The notes beneath the pieces were generated by a model that had not been told where the DNA came from, made no database searches, and worked only from the letters and a program-made list of their open reading frames with translations. From Chiloscyllium plagiosum (Eukaryota): a DNA stretch of 50,183 nt. How positions within the stretch are numbered: the first letter of the stretch is position 1; each line of letters begins with the position of its first letter. Both the position numbers and the translations under genes were made by a program. This document shows, one piece after another, positions 34,200 to 46,000 of the stretch. The stretch covers positions 14,950,088-15,000,270 of the forward strand of contig NC_057749.1 of NCBI RefSeq assembly GCF_004010195.1. The letters are read 5' to 3'.

Positions 34200-34736
34200 C
34201 TGAAAAAGAAAGTGTTAGGTGCTGGCATTAATTCTCAGTTCGCTATCTGCACTGTTCCTCCACCCACCCTCTGTAGTAAATCCAAAGATAGTGGCCCTCA
34301 CATGTTCTCAGTGTCACAGAGACCCTGGTCCCTCTCCCATCTCCAGAGGACACTGTTCACCCAGTGCAGCCTTGCTCAGTGACAGCTTTGGGGTAGATAC
34401 TCTCCCACAGGGAGGGAGCTCAGGACTGATTGATGGATATTGGTCTCCATGTCTCCCTAGACAGTCTAATACTCAAATTCCTAAGCATTGTACTTCACAG
34501 GTTATCTTCAGAGAGCATTGAAATGAGTCAAAGATCAGATACAAACTGACAGAGGAACAGAGAATGATTTAATTGAGCTGTTTGAGGGATTGGATAGGGT
34601 AGATGTTGATGGTAATGTGTTACAGTTCACACAGCCAGTCTATGAGTTGGAGCGTGGAATCTTGGGTACTGGAGGCTCCAACGTTACCCTTTCACACCAC
34701 TAGGAATCTCTCCCTCCCTTATTGCCAACTGCATGT

Positions 34737-35062
34737 CATAGAATTATAGAACGCCTCCAGTGCAGATAGACGCCATTTGGCCCATCACAGTTGCACTGAC
34801 CCTCCAAACAGAATCCCGCCCGGACCCACCCCCATCTCCCGGCCCTATCACTCTTACCCTGCATTTCCCATGGCTAACCCACCTAACCTACACATCCCTG
34901 GACACTATTCCAATTTAACACAGCCAATCCATCTAACCTAATCTTTGGACTGTGAGAGGAAACCGGAGCACCCAGAGGAAACCCATGCAGACACGGGAGA
35001 ATGTGCAAACTCCACACAGACAGTCGCACCAAGATGGAAAGGAATCTGGGTATCTGGTGCTG
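34737..35062 (-). mobile_element. HE1-like V-SINE
   Basis: V-domain reverse complement GAGAATGTGCAAACTCCACACAGACAGTC. Confidence 0.82.
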
Positions 35063-35874
35063 TTTTGGTAGAATTTGCAGAATGATGACTTAAACACTAT
35101 TTCATGGGCTGTGGGCATTGCTGGCTGGGCCAGCATTTATTGCCTGTCCTGGAGAAGGTGGGAGTGAGCTGCCTTCTCGAACTGCTGCAGTGCGTGTGCT
35201 GTAGGTTGACCCAGAATGCTCTTAGGGAAGGAATTCCAGGATTTTGACCCAGTGACGCTGAGGGAATTCTGATATTCTCCCTAGTCAGGATGTTGAGGTG
35301 CTGGGGGGGGGGGGACTTGCAGGGGGTCAGTGTTGCTCAGTCTGTTTTGCCGTGTAGTGAACACAGCTTCCTTGGAGTGGGACCGAATCCAGAGCCTGGA
35401 TTCAGCAGTGCCCAGGACAATTGAAGCAAACCATCTTTGCTCCTGGCCTCAAATATCAAGCCATGCAGGACACAGTGAAGGAGCTGAGGGCTTTTTTCTT
35501 TATTCTTTCATTGGACATGGGGCTTTACTATCAAGTCCAACATTCATTGCCCATCCTCAAATGCCCTTGAACTAAGTGGCTCAATCAGCCATCTCAGGGA
35601 GCAGCAAAGAAGCAGTCTCACTGCTGTGATGCTGGGATCACATGTGGATCAGACCAGGACCATGACAGATTTTCTTCCCTGAACCAGATGGGACTTTTCA
35701 ACAACTGATGACAGTTTCTTCGGCACCATCACTGAGGCCAGTTTTATCATCGCAGATTTTATGAATATCTTTCCCCAGACCACTGGCTGGGCCCCGCTAT
35801 ATTACTTGCTCAGTCGTGTTCCTGCTTATCCACTCTCTCCCCATCAGTACGTTCTGGGTGTTAATCTGCTGCAC

Positions 35875-36057
35875 CTTTGTACATGGTGGCAGAGATGGGC
35901 GTGCTGATTCCCAAAGCTTCATCATCACTGAAGGTGCTACAGAAATCCTGCAGGATCTTCAACCCAATGCCCTGGCGTCGGTGAGTCTGTCTGACAAACA
36001 CAGTGTCCAATACAGGAAGCTGGTAACACTGGCTGGTGCGGTCCGTACACAGACTCC
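35875..36057 (-). CDS. fam169b: FAM169B-like coding exon: (G)SLCTDRTSQCYQLPVLDTVFVRQTHRRQGIGLKILQDFCSTFSDDEALGISTPISATMYK
   Basis: Acceptor tgatccag|GG; donor AAG|gtgcag; 183 nt, phase 1 to 1. YQLPVLDTxF and DFCxTF..EALGxS..S..MY are FAM169 motifs, the latter closer to FAM169B than FAM169A. Confidence 0.93.
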
Positions 36058-36615
36058 CTGGATCAATGCAAGCAGAAAGTATCCATCCATTACAAAACAC
36101 ATTACAGACTCACATGGGAGCAAGCAGATTTCCCCAAGGAGCAAAGCAGGAAAAACTGCAAACAGGATATGGAAACCCCACATTTGGGTCAACACATCAC
36201 TAAGGTTTGTGTCTGAATCCACCTTTTGGTAACATCTGCAATGTCATTAAGTCCCACGTCTAGCTGTCTGCTCAGGGACCCATTGTGACTGCACCTAATT
36301 CTATCGGGATTTCAGTCACTGGCTCAACTTGTGATCTCAAGGTGCCAATTATCAGGTTAATTGGTGAACTGCGATTGTTAACTATTGAGGTAACTTTTAA
36401 ACTGAATGTGGGGGGAAGGGACCAAAGTTGGGAAACTGCGGGAAATTAAAGAGTAGAGGGTTCCTATGGTGTGGTAGTAATGTCCCTATCTCTGAACTAG
36501 GAGGCTCAGGTTCAAGTACAATCTGCTCCGAAGGTGTTTGATAACATCTCTCTAAGCAGGATGATTCAAAAACACCTGCAAAAGCTGCATCAAAGCCAAA
36601 GATAAAGGCAACTGC

Positions 36616-38025
36616 ACAGGCGATGATAAACAGACCACAGCAGTACAGGCGATGATAAACAGATCACAGCAGTACAGGTGATGATAAACAGACCACAGCA
36701 GTACAGGAGATGATAAACAGACCACATCAGTTCCGGTCGATGATAAACAGACCACAGCAGTACAGGCGATAATAAACAGATCACAGCAGTACAGGCGATG
36801 ATAAACAGACCACAGCAGTACAGGTGATGATAAACAGACCACGGCAGTACAGGTGATGATAAACAGACCACGGCAGTACAGGCGATGATAAACAGACCAC
36901 AGCAGTACAGGTGATGATAAACAGACCACAGCAGTACAGGTAACGCTAAACAGATCACAGCAGTACAGGTGACGATAAAAAGGCCACAGCAGTACAGGTG
37001 ATGATAAACAGATCACAGCAGTACAGGTGATGATAAACAGATCACAGCAGTACAGGCGATGATAGTACAGGTGATGATAAACAGACCACAGCAGTACAGG
37101 CGATGATAAACAGGCCACAGCAGTACAGGTGATGATAAACAGATCACAGCAGTACAGGTGATGATAAACAGATCACAGCAGTACAGGCGATGATAAACAG
37201 GCCACAGCAGTATAGGTGATGATAAACAGACCACAGCAGTAGAGGAGATGATAAACAGACCACAGCAGTACAGGTGATGATAAACAGACCACAGCAGTAC
37301 AGGAGAGGATAATAAACAGGCCACAGCAGTATAGGTGATGATAAACAGACCACAGCAGTAGAGGAGATGATAAACAGACCACAGCTGTACAGGCGATGAT
37401 AAACAGACCACAGCAGTACAGGAGATGATAAACAGACCACAGCAGTACAGGTGATGATAAACAGACCACAGCAGTACAGGAGATGATAAACAGACCACAG
37501 CAGTGCAGGCAATGATAAACAGGCCACAGCAGTACAGGAGATGATAAACAGACCACAGCAGTACAGGAGATGATAAACAGACCACAGCAGTACAGGAGAG
37601 GATAAACAGACCACAGCTGTACAGGCGATGATAAACAGGCCACAGCAGTACAGGAGATGATAAACAGGCCACAGCAGTACAGGCGATGATAAACAGACCA
37701 CCGCAGTACAGGCGATGATAAACAGACCACAGCAGTACAGACGATGATAAACAGACCACAGCAGTACAGACGATGATAAACAGACCACAGCAGTACAGAC
37801 GATGATAAACAGACCACAGCAGTACAGACGATGATAAACAGACCACAGCAGTACAGACGATGATAAACAGACCACAGCAGTACAGACGATGATAAACAGA
37901 CCACAGCAGTACAGACGATGATAAACAGACCACAGCAGTACAGACGATGATAAACAGACCACAGCAGTACAGGAGATGATAAACAGATCACAGCAGTACA
38001 GGAGATGGTAAACAGACCACAGCAG
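36616..38025. repeat. Intronic 29-bp minisatellite (~48 units; TAAACAGACCACAGCAGTACAGGCGATGA)
   Basis: Direct tandem periodicity of 29 nt. Confidence 0.95.
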
Positions 38026-38039
38026 GAAAGGATATCCTG

Positions 38040-39200
38040 AATATCAAATAATAAGATCAGAGGTCATGAAAAATGGACAAAAATAAAGGCTCCCTGTCTG
38101 AATGCATGGAACATTTAAACAATGCAGATGATCTGAGAACGCAAATAGAGGTAAATAATTTCTAACAAAATCAGAAATTGCTGGAGAATCTCAGCAAGTC
38201 TGACAACATCCTTGGAGAGAAAGCAGAGTTAATCTTCTGGTTCCAGTCACCCTTCCTCAGAACTGACAATGGCCATGATGTGGAGGTGCCGGTCTTGGAT
38301 GGGGTTGGACAGAGTCAGAAGTCACACGACCCCAGGTTCTCGTCCAACAGGTTTATTTGAAATCACAAGCTTTCGGAGCACGGCCCCTTAGTCAGGTGAA
38401 AGTTCGGATGAAGGGGCATGCTCTGAAAGCTTGTGATTTCAAATAAACCTGTTGGACTCGAACCTGGGGTCGTGTGACTTCTGACTCTGTCCAACCTAAT
38501 CCAACACCAGCACCTCCACATCCTGATCTGAGAGTGAAGGTGCAGTGAACATAACATATTTGCATTTTATATTCAGTTGGAAGGATGGAGGAGTGAGTCT
38601 GAGATATTTTGTTTTAAATTTAAATACAAGTTTTAATGAAGACAAGGAAGCAGGGCTGGCAAACCTGGTTAAAGGATATGTCAATAAAGCTGTAATGGCA
38701 GACACTTATGGGAGACATTTCAGAATAGACAGAATAGACACATTCCAACAAGCAAGAGCCACTCTACGTGAGTAACTGGAAATGTTCAGGATTGTATCAA
38801 ATGCAAAGGAAAAACAAGTAACTATGCAAAGTCTGGTGGCAGGTCAGCGATTGGACAGATTATAAAAACTGCAAGGAATGACCAAACAAAAAAATTAGTG
38901 TACAGGAGAAAGTTGGCTGGAAATATGAAATTAGACAGCAAAAGTTTCTGCAAGCATTTGAAAAAGCAAAGTTAACAAATATTTTTTATTGAGGGGGTCA
39001 TGAAACTTTGGAATTCTCTTCCAGAAACGATGGTGGAAGGAAAGTTTTTCAATAATTTCAAGACAGTTTCTCGGTGTGACAAATGGGTGAAAGGTTATCA
39101 GGGATGAGGGGGAGTATGGATTGAAAGGTACAATCTCATCAGCCATGACCTGACTGAATGGAGAGGCAGGTTCAACAGCAAAATGATTTATTACTGTTCC
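38040..39200 (+). mobile_element. Old, internally deleted CR1 interrupted by Penelope ends
   Basis: 38085-38160 is a degenerate ORF2 start (KAxxLNAxxI...DLRTQIEVN); linker remnants at 38560-38980; 3' UTR remnant at 39000-39200. Confidence 0.55.
38277..38522. mobile_element. Symmetric fold-back (MITE-like) Penelope-end element
   Basis: GATGTGGAGGTGC...GCACCTCCACATC termini; about 120-bp arms; both hammerhead cores mutated (CUGACUA, CGGAUGA). Confidence 0.82.
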
Positions 39201-39366
39201 TTGGGCATATGTTCCCAAGTAACTTGTGATATGGAGGCATTAGGGATGTTGTGGTCTAAATGTGTTATTCTGATCTGGTCAGTGTGTCCAGGAGCTGGGT
39301 TTAGCAGGAATCTAGTGGATCTCACCTGGATGTGACCAGCCACCCGGTTGGAGAGTAGAATGTTAC

Positions 39367-39538
39367 CTTTCTGATTCATGGTGTAGAACCCAACAGCCTC
39401 ACTGTCCTTCCAGAAGATTTTGGCGAGCTGCTTTTCAGGATGAGGAACGAATGGAATGCTGCCCGGTTCAAACTCCCACTTTCCGTAAATTATCTGATTG
39501 AGGAGATACAGCACAATCCGTTCACCAACTGACTGTAC
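39367..39538 (-). CDS. fam169b: FAM169B-like coding exon: VQSVGERIVLYLLNQIIYGKWEFEPGSIPFVPHPEKQLAKIFWKDSEAVGFYTMNQK
   Basis: Acceptor ttcctcag|GTA; donor AAG|gtaaca; 172 nt, phase 0 to 1. Strong match to the FAM169 motif VQSxGERxVL...AKIxW...AVGFYT. Confidence 0.93.
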
Positions 39539-39582
39539 CTGAGGAATCCACACGGAATCAATCAGAACAACCCCAGAACCAG

Positions 39583-41311
39583 ACACACCGGATCAAATCC
39601 CAGTGTCAATCCAAACACATTCCACACCGGAGCAAATCCCAGCGTCAATCCGCCCACATTCCACACCGGATCAAATCCCAACGTCAATCCGCCCACATTA
39701 CACACCGGATCAAATCCCAGTGTCACTCCGCCCACATTACAGACCGGATCAAATCCCAATGTCAATCCGTCCACATTCCACACCGGATCAAATCCCAGTG
39801 TCAATCCGCCCACTTTCCACACCGGATCAAATCCCAGAGTCAATCCGCCCACATTACACACCGGATCAAATCCCAGTGTCACTCCGCCCACATTCCACAC
39901 CGGATCAAATCCCAGAGTCAATCCGCCCACTTTCCACACCGGATCAAATCCCAGTGTCAATCCACCCACATTCCACACCGGAACAAATCCCAGCGTCAAT
40001 CCACCCACATTACAGACTGGATCAAATCCCAGTGTCAATCCACCCACATTACACACCGGATCAAATCCCAGCGTCAATCCGCCCACATTACACACCGGAT
40101 CAAATCCCAGCGTCAATCCGCCCACATTACACACCGGATCAAATCCCAGTGTCAATCCGCCCACATTACACACCGGAATAAATCCCAGCGTCAATCCGCC
40201 CACATTACACACCGGATCAAATCCCAGTATCAATCCGCCCACATTACACACCGGATCAAATCCCAGTGTCAATCCGCCCACATTACAGACCGGATCAAAT
40301 CCCAGAGTCAATCCGCCCACTTTCCACACCGGAACAAATCCCAGCGTCAATCCACCCACATGACACACCAGATCAAATCCCAGTGTCAATCCGCCCACAT
40401 TCCACACCGGATCAAATCCCAGCATCAATCCACCCACATTACACACCGGATCAAATCCCAGTGTCACTCCGCCCACATTACACACCGGAACAAATCCCAG
40501 CATCAATCCAACCACATTACACACCGGATCAAATCCCAGTGTCAATCCGCCCACATTCCACACCGGATCAAATCCCAGCATCAATCCACCCACATTACAC
40601 ACCGGAACAAATCCCAGTGTCAATCCACCCACATTACACACCGGAACAAATCCCAGCATCAATCCAACCACATTACACACCGGATCAAATCCCGGAGTCA
40701 ATCCGCCCACTTTCCACACCGGATCAAATCCCAATGTCAATCCGCCCACATTAAAGACCGGACCAAATCCCAGTGTCAATCCGTACACATTCCACACCGG
40801 ATCAAATCCCAGTGTCAATCCACCCACATTACACACCGGATCAAATCCCAGTGTCAATCCGCCCACATTCCACACCGGATCAAATCCCAGCGTCAATCCA
40901 CCCACATTACACACCGGATCAAATCCCAATGTCAATTCGCCCACATTGCACACCGGACCAAATCCCAGTGTCAATCCGTACACCTTCCACACCGGATCAA
41001 ATCCCAGTGTCAATCCGCCCACATTACACACCGGATCAAATCCCAGTGTCAATCCACCCACATTACACACCGGATCAAATCCCATGTCAATCCACCCACA
41101 TTACACACCGAATCATATCCCAGTGTCAATCCACCCACATTACACACCGGATCATATCCCAGTGTCCATCCGCCCACATTACACACCGGATCAAATCCCA
41201 GTGTCAATCCACCCACATTACACACCGAATCAAATCCCAGTGTCAATCCACCCACATTACACACCTGATCAAATCCTAGTGTCAATCCGCCCACATTCCA
41301 CACCGGATCAA
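39583..41311. repeat. Intronic 39-bp minisatellite (~44 units; ACACCGGATCAAATCCCAGTGTCAATCCGCCCACATTAC)
   Basis: 39-nt periodicity, seen as a 13-aa repeat in the ORF track. Confidence 0.95.
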
Positions 41312-41313
41312 GT

Positions 41314-41441
41314 GGGCGGCACTGTGGCACAGTGGTTAGCACTGCTGCCTCACAGCGCCAGAGACCCCGGTTCAATTCCCGACTCAGGTGACTGACTGTG
41401 TGGAGTTTGCACATTCTCCCCATGTCTGCGTGGGTTTCCTC
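41314..41441 (+). mobile_element. HE1-like V-SINE 5' half, cut by gap
   Basis: GGCACAGTGGTTAGCACTGCTGCCTCACAGCGCCAG...GGTTCAATTCCC. Confidence 0.85.
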
Positions 41442-41941
41442 NNNNNNNNNNNNNNNNNNNNNNNNNNNNNNNNNNNNNNNNNNNNNNNNNNNNNNNNNNN
41501 NNNNNNNNNNNNNNNNNNNNNNNNNNNNNNNNNNNNNNNNNNNNNNNNNNNNNNNNNNNNNNNNNNNNNNNNNNNNNNNNNNNNNNNNNNNNNNNNNNNN
41601 NNNNNNNNNNNNNNNNNNNNNNNNNNNNNNNNNNNNNNNNNNNNNNNNNNNNNNNNNNNNNNNNNNNNNNNNNNNNNNNNNNNNNNNNNNNNNNNNNNNN
41701 NNNNNNNNNNNNNNNNNNNNNNNNNNNNNNNNNNNNNNNNNNNNNNNNNNNNNNNNNNNNNNNNNNNNNNNNNNNNNNNNNNNNNNNNNNNNNNNNNNNN
41801 NNNNNNNNNNNNNNNNNNNNNNNNNNNNNNNNNNNNNNNNNNNNNNNNNNNNNNNNNNNNNNNNNNNNNNNNNNNNNNNNNNNNNNNNNNNNNNNNNNNN
41901 NNNNNNNNNNNNNNNNNNNNNNNNNNNNNNNNNNNNNNNNN
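41442..41941. other. Assembly gap of exactly 500 N (probably arbitrary scaffolding size)
   Basis: N run; flanks are unrelated repeats. Confidence 0.95.
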
Positions 41942-42031
41942 CAGTGCTGAGGGAGTGCTGCACTGTCAGAAGGTCAGTGCTGAGGGAGTGCCGCATTGTT
42001 GAGCAAAATAAGAAGTGATCTCAGATGTTAA

Positions 42032-42322
42032 TCATAGAATCACTACAATGTGGAAAGAGGCCATTTGGCCCAACAACCTTACACTGCCCCTCTGAAGAGC
42101 ACCCCACCTTGACCCACACACTTACCGATGTAACCCTGCATTTCTCATGGCTAACCCACACACCTTTGGACTGTGGGAGGAAACCAGAGTACCCGGAGGA
42201 AACCCACACAGACACGGCGAGAATGTGCAATCTCCACACAGTCACCCGAGGCTGGAATCGAACCCAGGTCCCTGGCACTGGGAGGCAGCAGTGCTAACCA
42301 CTGAGCCATCATGTCACCCACC
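42032..42322 (-). mobile_element. HE1-like V-SINE
   Basis: Reverse-complement head TGGCTCAGTGGTTAGCACTGCTGCCTC and V-domain. Confidence 0.85.
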
Positions 42323-43477
42323 AGCTGAATTTTCCATGCAATTTCTGATTTTTATCTCGACTTGGCCAGTGACATTAAACTCCAGCAGCACTTCCTCCAT
42401 GGTCAGTAAACCACATGGGTGCAACACTCAAGAACTTCATTACCTTCCACAACCTCCAACAGCAGTGTGTACTATCTATAAAATACACTGCAGAAATTCA
42501 CCAAAAAATCCTCAGACAGCACCTTCCAAACCCAAGACAGCTTCCACCTAGAAGGACAAGGGCAGCTGATACATGGGAACACCACCCGCTGCAAGTTCCT
42601 CTCCAACATGCTCACCATCCTGATGTAACATATCGCCATTCCTTCAGTGTCGTTGGGTAAATACTCTCCCTCACAGCATGTGTTTCTGTTTAAAGCACCA
42701 TTCAAGAAGTCAGCACACCACCACCTTCTCAAGGAGTAATTAGGGAGAAATAAGTGCTGGCCCAGCCCACGTTCCATGAACAAATGTAAATAAAATTACC
42801 AGTGTCTTGAGGAACCAGATTCAAAGGGGACTGGGATGGTTGGAGTAATTGTTTTTACCTCCATGGTTGAGATGTGTCCATCGATCCGAACAGAAAGTTG
42901 CACCCTTAACTTACACAATTAAGTTAACTACTCCTCTCTGCAGAGGGCATGGTGCAAAGGTCTGAGGGGTCGGAGAGTGAAGGGGAAATGGAGCACTGAC
43001 CTGAGTTAGCACCTATTTGTCCAACAGGAGGGAGGCTAAGATTCCATGTATGAAACCGCTGGATGGGAATATGGGAGAGTTGTATTCTGGAAGAATGGGT
43101 CCAGGGATTTTCTTTAACAGAAACTAACCTCACGAGTCACCATTAGTGACAGTGAATTAATTTTCCACTAAGTTGTCAAAACAGCATTGGGCTCCCCCTG
43201 GGATGAGCTGGGATTTGACTGTTTCTACACAGCCCTCTTGCACCATCTGCTGGTAACAACCAAGCATTACCTGTGATTCTGAGAGAGCATTGAGGGCTGG
43301 GGCAGGCTGGTGGACTGCAGAGGCAGCAGATGAGGGCAAGTGGGTTGGGAACGACGGATTGGAAACTGTGCAAAGAGGGAAGGGAGGAGTGTCATAGTTT
43401 GAAATCCTGGGGAGTAGTGAAGGGCTGGGACTGGGCAGAGATGCAGGAAGAGGTGACGGGTGTTGGATGTCACCGCT

Positions 43478-43975
43478 TAGAACATAGAACATAGAACAAT
43501 CCAGCGCAGAACAGGCCCTTCGGCCCTCGATGTTGCGCCGACCTGTGAACTATTCCCAGCTTGTCCCCTACACTAACCCATCATCATCCATGTGCTTATC
43601 CAAGGATTGTTTAAATTTCCCTAATGTGGCTGAGGTGACAGGTAAGGCATTCCACTCCCTTACCACTCTCTGAGTAAAAAAGGTGAAGAAGGAATACAGA
43701 AACAGAATATAGGAACAGGAGTAGGCCATTCAGCCCATCAATCCTGCTCCACCATTCAATATGATCACAGCTGATTATCCATCTCAGTCCCCTATTCCCA
43801 CTTTCTCCCCATATCCTTTGCTCCCTTAAGAACTGTATCTAATTCCTTCCTGAATACATTCGATGGTTCAGCCTCCACCACTTTCTGTCACAGAGCATCC
43901 CCCCGGCTCCCCACTCTCTGGGTGAAGACATTTCTCCTCATCTCGGTCCGAAATATCCTACCCAGGATCCTTCAG
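43478..43975 (-). mobile_element. Two adjacent CR1 3' tails (43478-43680 and about 43700-43975)
   Basis: (AACATAG)n tail; AGGAACAGGAGTAGGCCATTCAGCCC tail. Confidence 0.75.
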
Positions 43976-45689
43976 TTGTGGCTGAGAGATGAGAGGGCAC
44001 TTGGACTTTGTCAGTGGAGCTTGAGGAAGGAGCTGGAAAATAGTTCCACCTGATTATGTGGAGCCTGGATCTGGGGGGATCTGGACAGGATCACAGAATT
44101 CACACAGTGCAGAAGAAGGCCATTCAGTCTATCATGTCCATACTGGCTCTCTGAGCATTAGGGCTCAGTGTCTCTTTTCCCCATAACCTGATATATTAAA
44201 TAATGCCTTTATGCTATTTCCATTGAACCTGCCTCCCTTACACCTCCTGGCTGTGCATTCCAGACCCCAACTACTGCCATTTCTCATCCTGTACTTGTTT
44301 CTTTTTACAAAACTGCGCCCTCTGGTCCTTAATCGTTTTAAAAGCAGGAACCTCTCTGCCCACTCTGTCTATATAGAATTATGTGAAAGTGAGGACTGCA
44401 GGTGCTGGAGATCAGAGTCTAGATTAGAGTGGTGCTGGAAAAGCACAGCTAGCTATCTAAAGTTATGTTGAAGAAATATGCTGTTGTCATTCACTGGAAT
44501 GTCAATATCACATTGCTATGTGGGTGAGGAGAGATTGTGAAAGGAGCAGGGAGCAGGAGGGACAGAAATACGTACTGGGAGTGAATGTTAGGCAGTAGCA
44601 TTACTGATCAGGCAAAACCTTTTGACTGGGAGGAATGTTCAAAGCTGGTTTCTAAACTGATGTGGGTTTATTGAGTTGATATCTGTGGCTCTCCTCTGAC
44701 ATCTAGTGTTTGGTATCAGGTTTTACACACACAGACCAAACATGACAGAGCTAACATCTTTCAGATGTGAGAGTCATTCAGAACATAGAAGAGTGTCAGG
44801 GGGTGGTTAGGGTTGAACACAGGCCAGGCCAATTCCCCAAGGACATTGATGTTGGGGCAACGTTTTATCCAGTGCAGACCTATATACCCTTTATCCAGTG
44901 CAGACCTATATACCCCTCTGTACAGTCTTATGGAGTGGGACCAACGGAGACTTTGTGCAGCTAAAACAGCAGTTCCTTTGAACCATAGCCATATTGAAAT
45001 AACGTCCTTTTGAATGCCCTGCAATTTATGTACAGACTTTCAGCCCCCTGTCTGCACTGAATAGAAAACCCCTTCCTCTTCCCCAGCACCCGATTTCTCA
45101 CCATTAAAAAAATGTTCTGCTGTGTCTTTCCCCGATAAATAATCTCACAAGATCATCCAGTCTACTGGGACAAAAACAAAAATTGCTGGAAAAGCTCAGC
45201 AGACCTGGCAGTATCCGTGGAGAGAAATCAGAGTTCACTTATCGGTCGAGTGGCCCTTCCTCAGAAATTCCTTAGCCTGCTGTGACTCTCTATTCATTGA
45301 CATGTTCCCTTGCCTTCCCAGCAAGAGTAACCTAACCTTCCTTGTGTTATTGCTCAGAATGTACTAATTCAGCCTTGGAAGAGGGTTTATAAGGGGTAAC
45401 AGTCTGACAGGAGCGAGAGCTTCGATAACCAGTTGATGCAGATTTAAAATAATCAGATAAAGACTGGGGGATAGTGAGGAGAAATGTTTTTTACGCAGAG
45501 TTCATATGGAATCCTTTGAGGCTGTGGAAATGTATAAAACTTGAAAATTCAATGCTTGCAAGGTTAAGAGTAGAGGAATGTGGGACTAATCTTTCAAAGA
45601 ACCCAGGGTCAGGGTGATGGGCCGAACAGCCTCACTCTGCGCTGCCTGGTCTGGAAGCTGAAGACGGAGCAGACAAAGAGGTGACTGAC

Positions 45690-45780
45690 CTGTCTGAGAG
45701 CTGGCCAGGCCCAGGACACAGTGCCCTTTGTGCTCCCTGTGTATCTGCAGAAAGGCCAGAGAGGACAGTGTCACAGCAAC
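45690..45780 (-). CDS. fam169b: FAM169B-like coding exon: VAVTLSSLAFLQIHREHKGHCVLGLASSQT
   Basis: Acceptor ttttattttatctttccag|GTT; donor CAG|gtcagt; 91 nt, phase 0 to 1. Position and character match the second FAM169 coding exon (compare FAM169A IPISLSNVGF...ILAL). Confidence 0.75.
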
Positions 45781-45835
45781 CTGGAAAGATAAAATAAAAA
45801 GGGTGTCACCCCAGTGTACGGTGAGAACACGAGAA

Positions 45836-46000
45836 ATCATAGATTTCCCACAGTGTGGAAGCAGGCCATTCAGCCCATTGCTCCACACTAACCCTCCAAA
45901 GAACATCCCACCCCGACTCACCCTATCCCTGAAAACCTGCTTTCCCCATGGCCAATCCACCCTAACCTGCACATCCCTGGACTGTGGGAGGAAACGGGAG
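45836..46000 (-). mobile_element. HE1-like SINE 3' half
   Basis: CCATGGCCAATCCACCCTAACCTGCACATC..TGGACTGTGGGAGGAAAC. Confidence 0.75.

Noticed and set aside
36552..37991. Cys/hydrophobic 120-300 aa ORFs in all three minus frames
   Set aside because: Translation of the 29-bp minisatellite, not a protein.
35875..39538. Assignment as FAM169A
   Set aside because: DFCxTF..EALGIS and EAPGDWSQR motifs and the short C-terminus fit FAM169B better. A phylogeny would settle it.
39562..41085. 507-aa ORF of (LTLGFDPVCNVGG)n and overlapping plus-strand repeat ORFs
   Set aside because: By-product of a 39-bp (3n) stop-free minisatellite. It is intronic and terminates before the FAM169B exon, so it cannot read into it.
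36616..41311. CRISPR-like appearance of regular repeats
   Set aside because: Head-to-tail units with no unique spacers, no cas genes, vertebrate context.
41049..42018. ORFs spanning the second gap
   Set aside because: Artefact of Ns.
44863..44915. 26-bp tandem duplication (also 14-bp at about 9881-9908 and 21-bp at about 49706-49743)
   Set aside because: Ordinary slippage-type duplications with no further structure.
44761..45024. Alternative candidate for the missing FAM169B exon
   Set aside because: Weak pyrimidine tract, no FAM169 similarity, no convincing donor.
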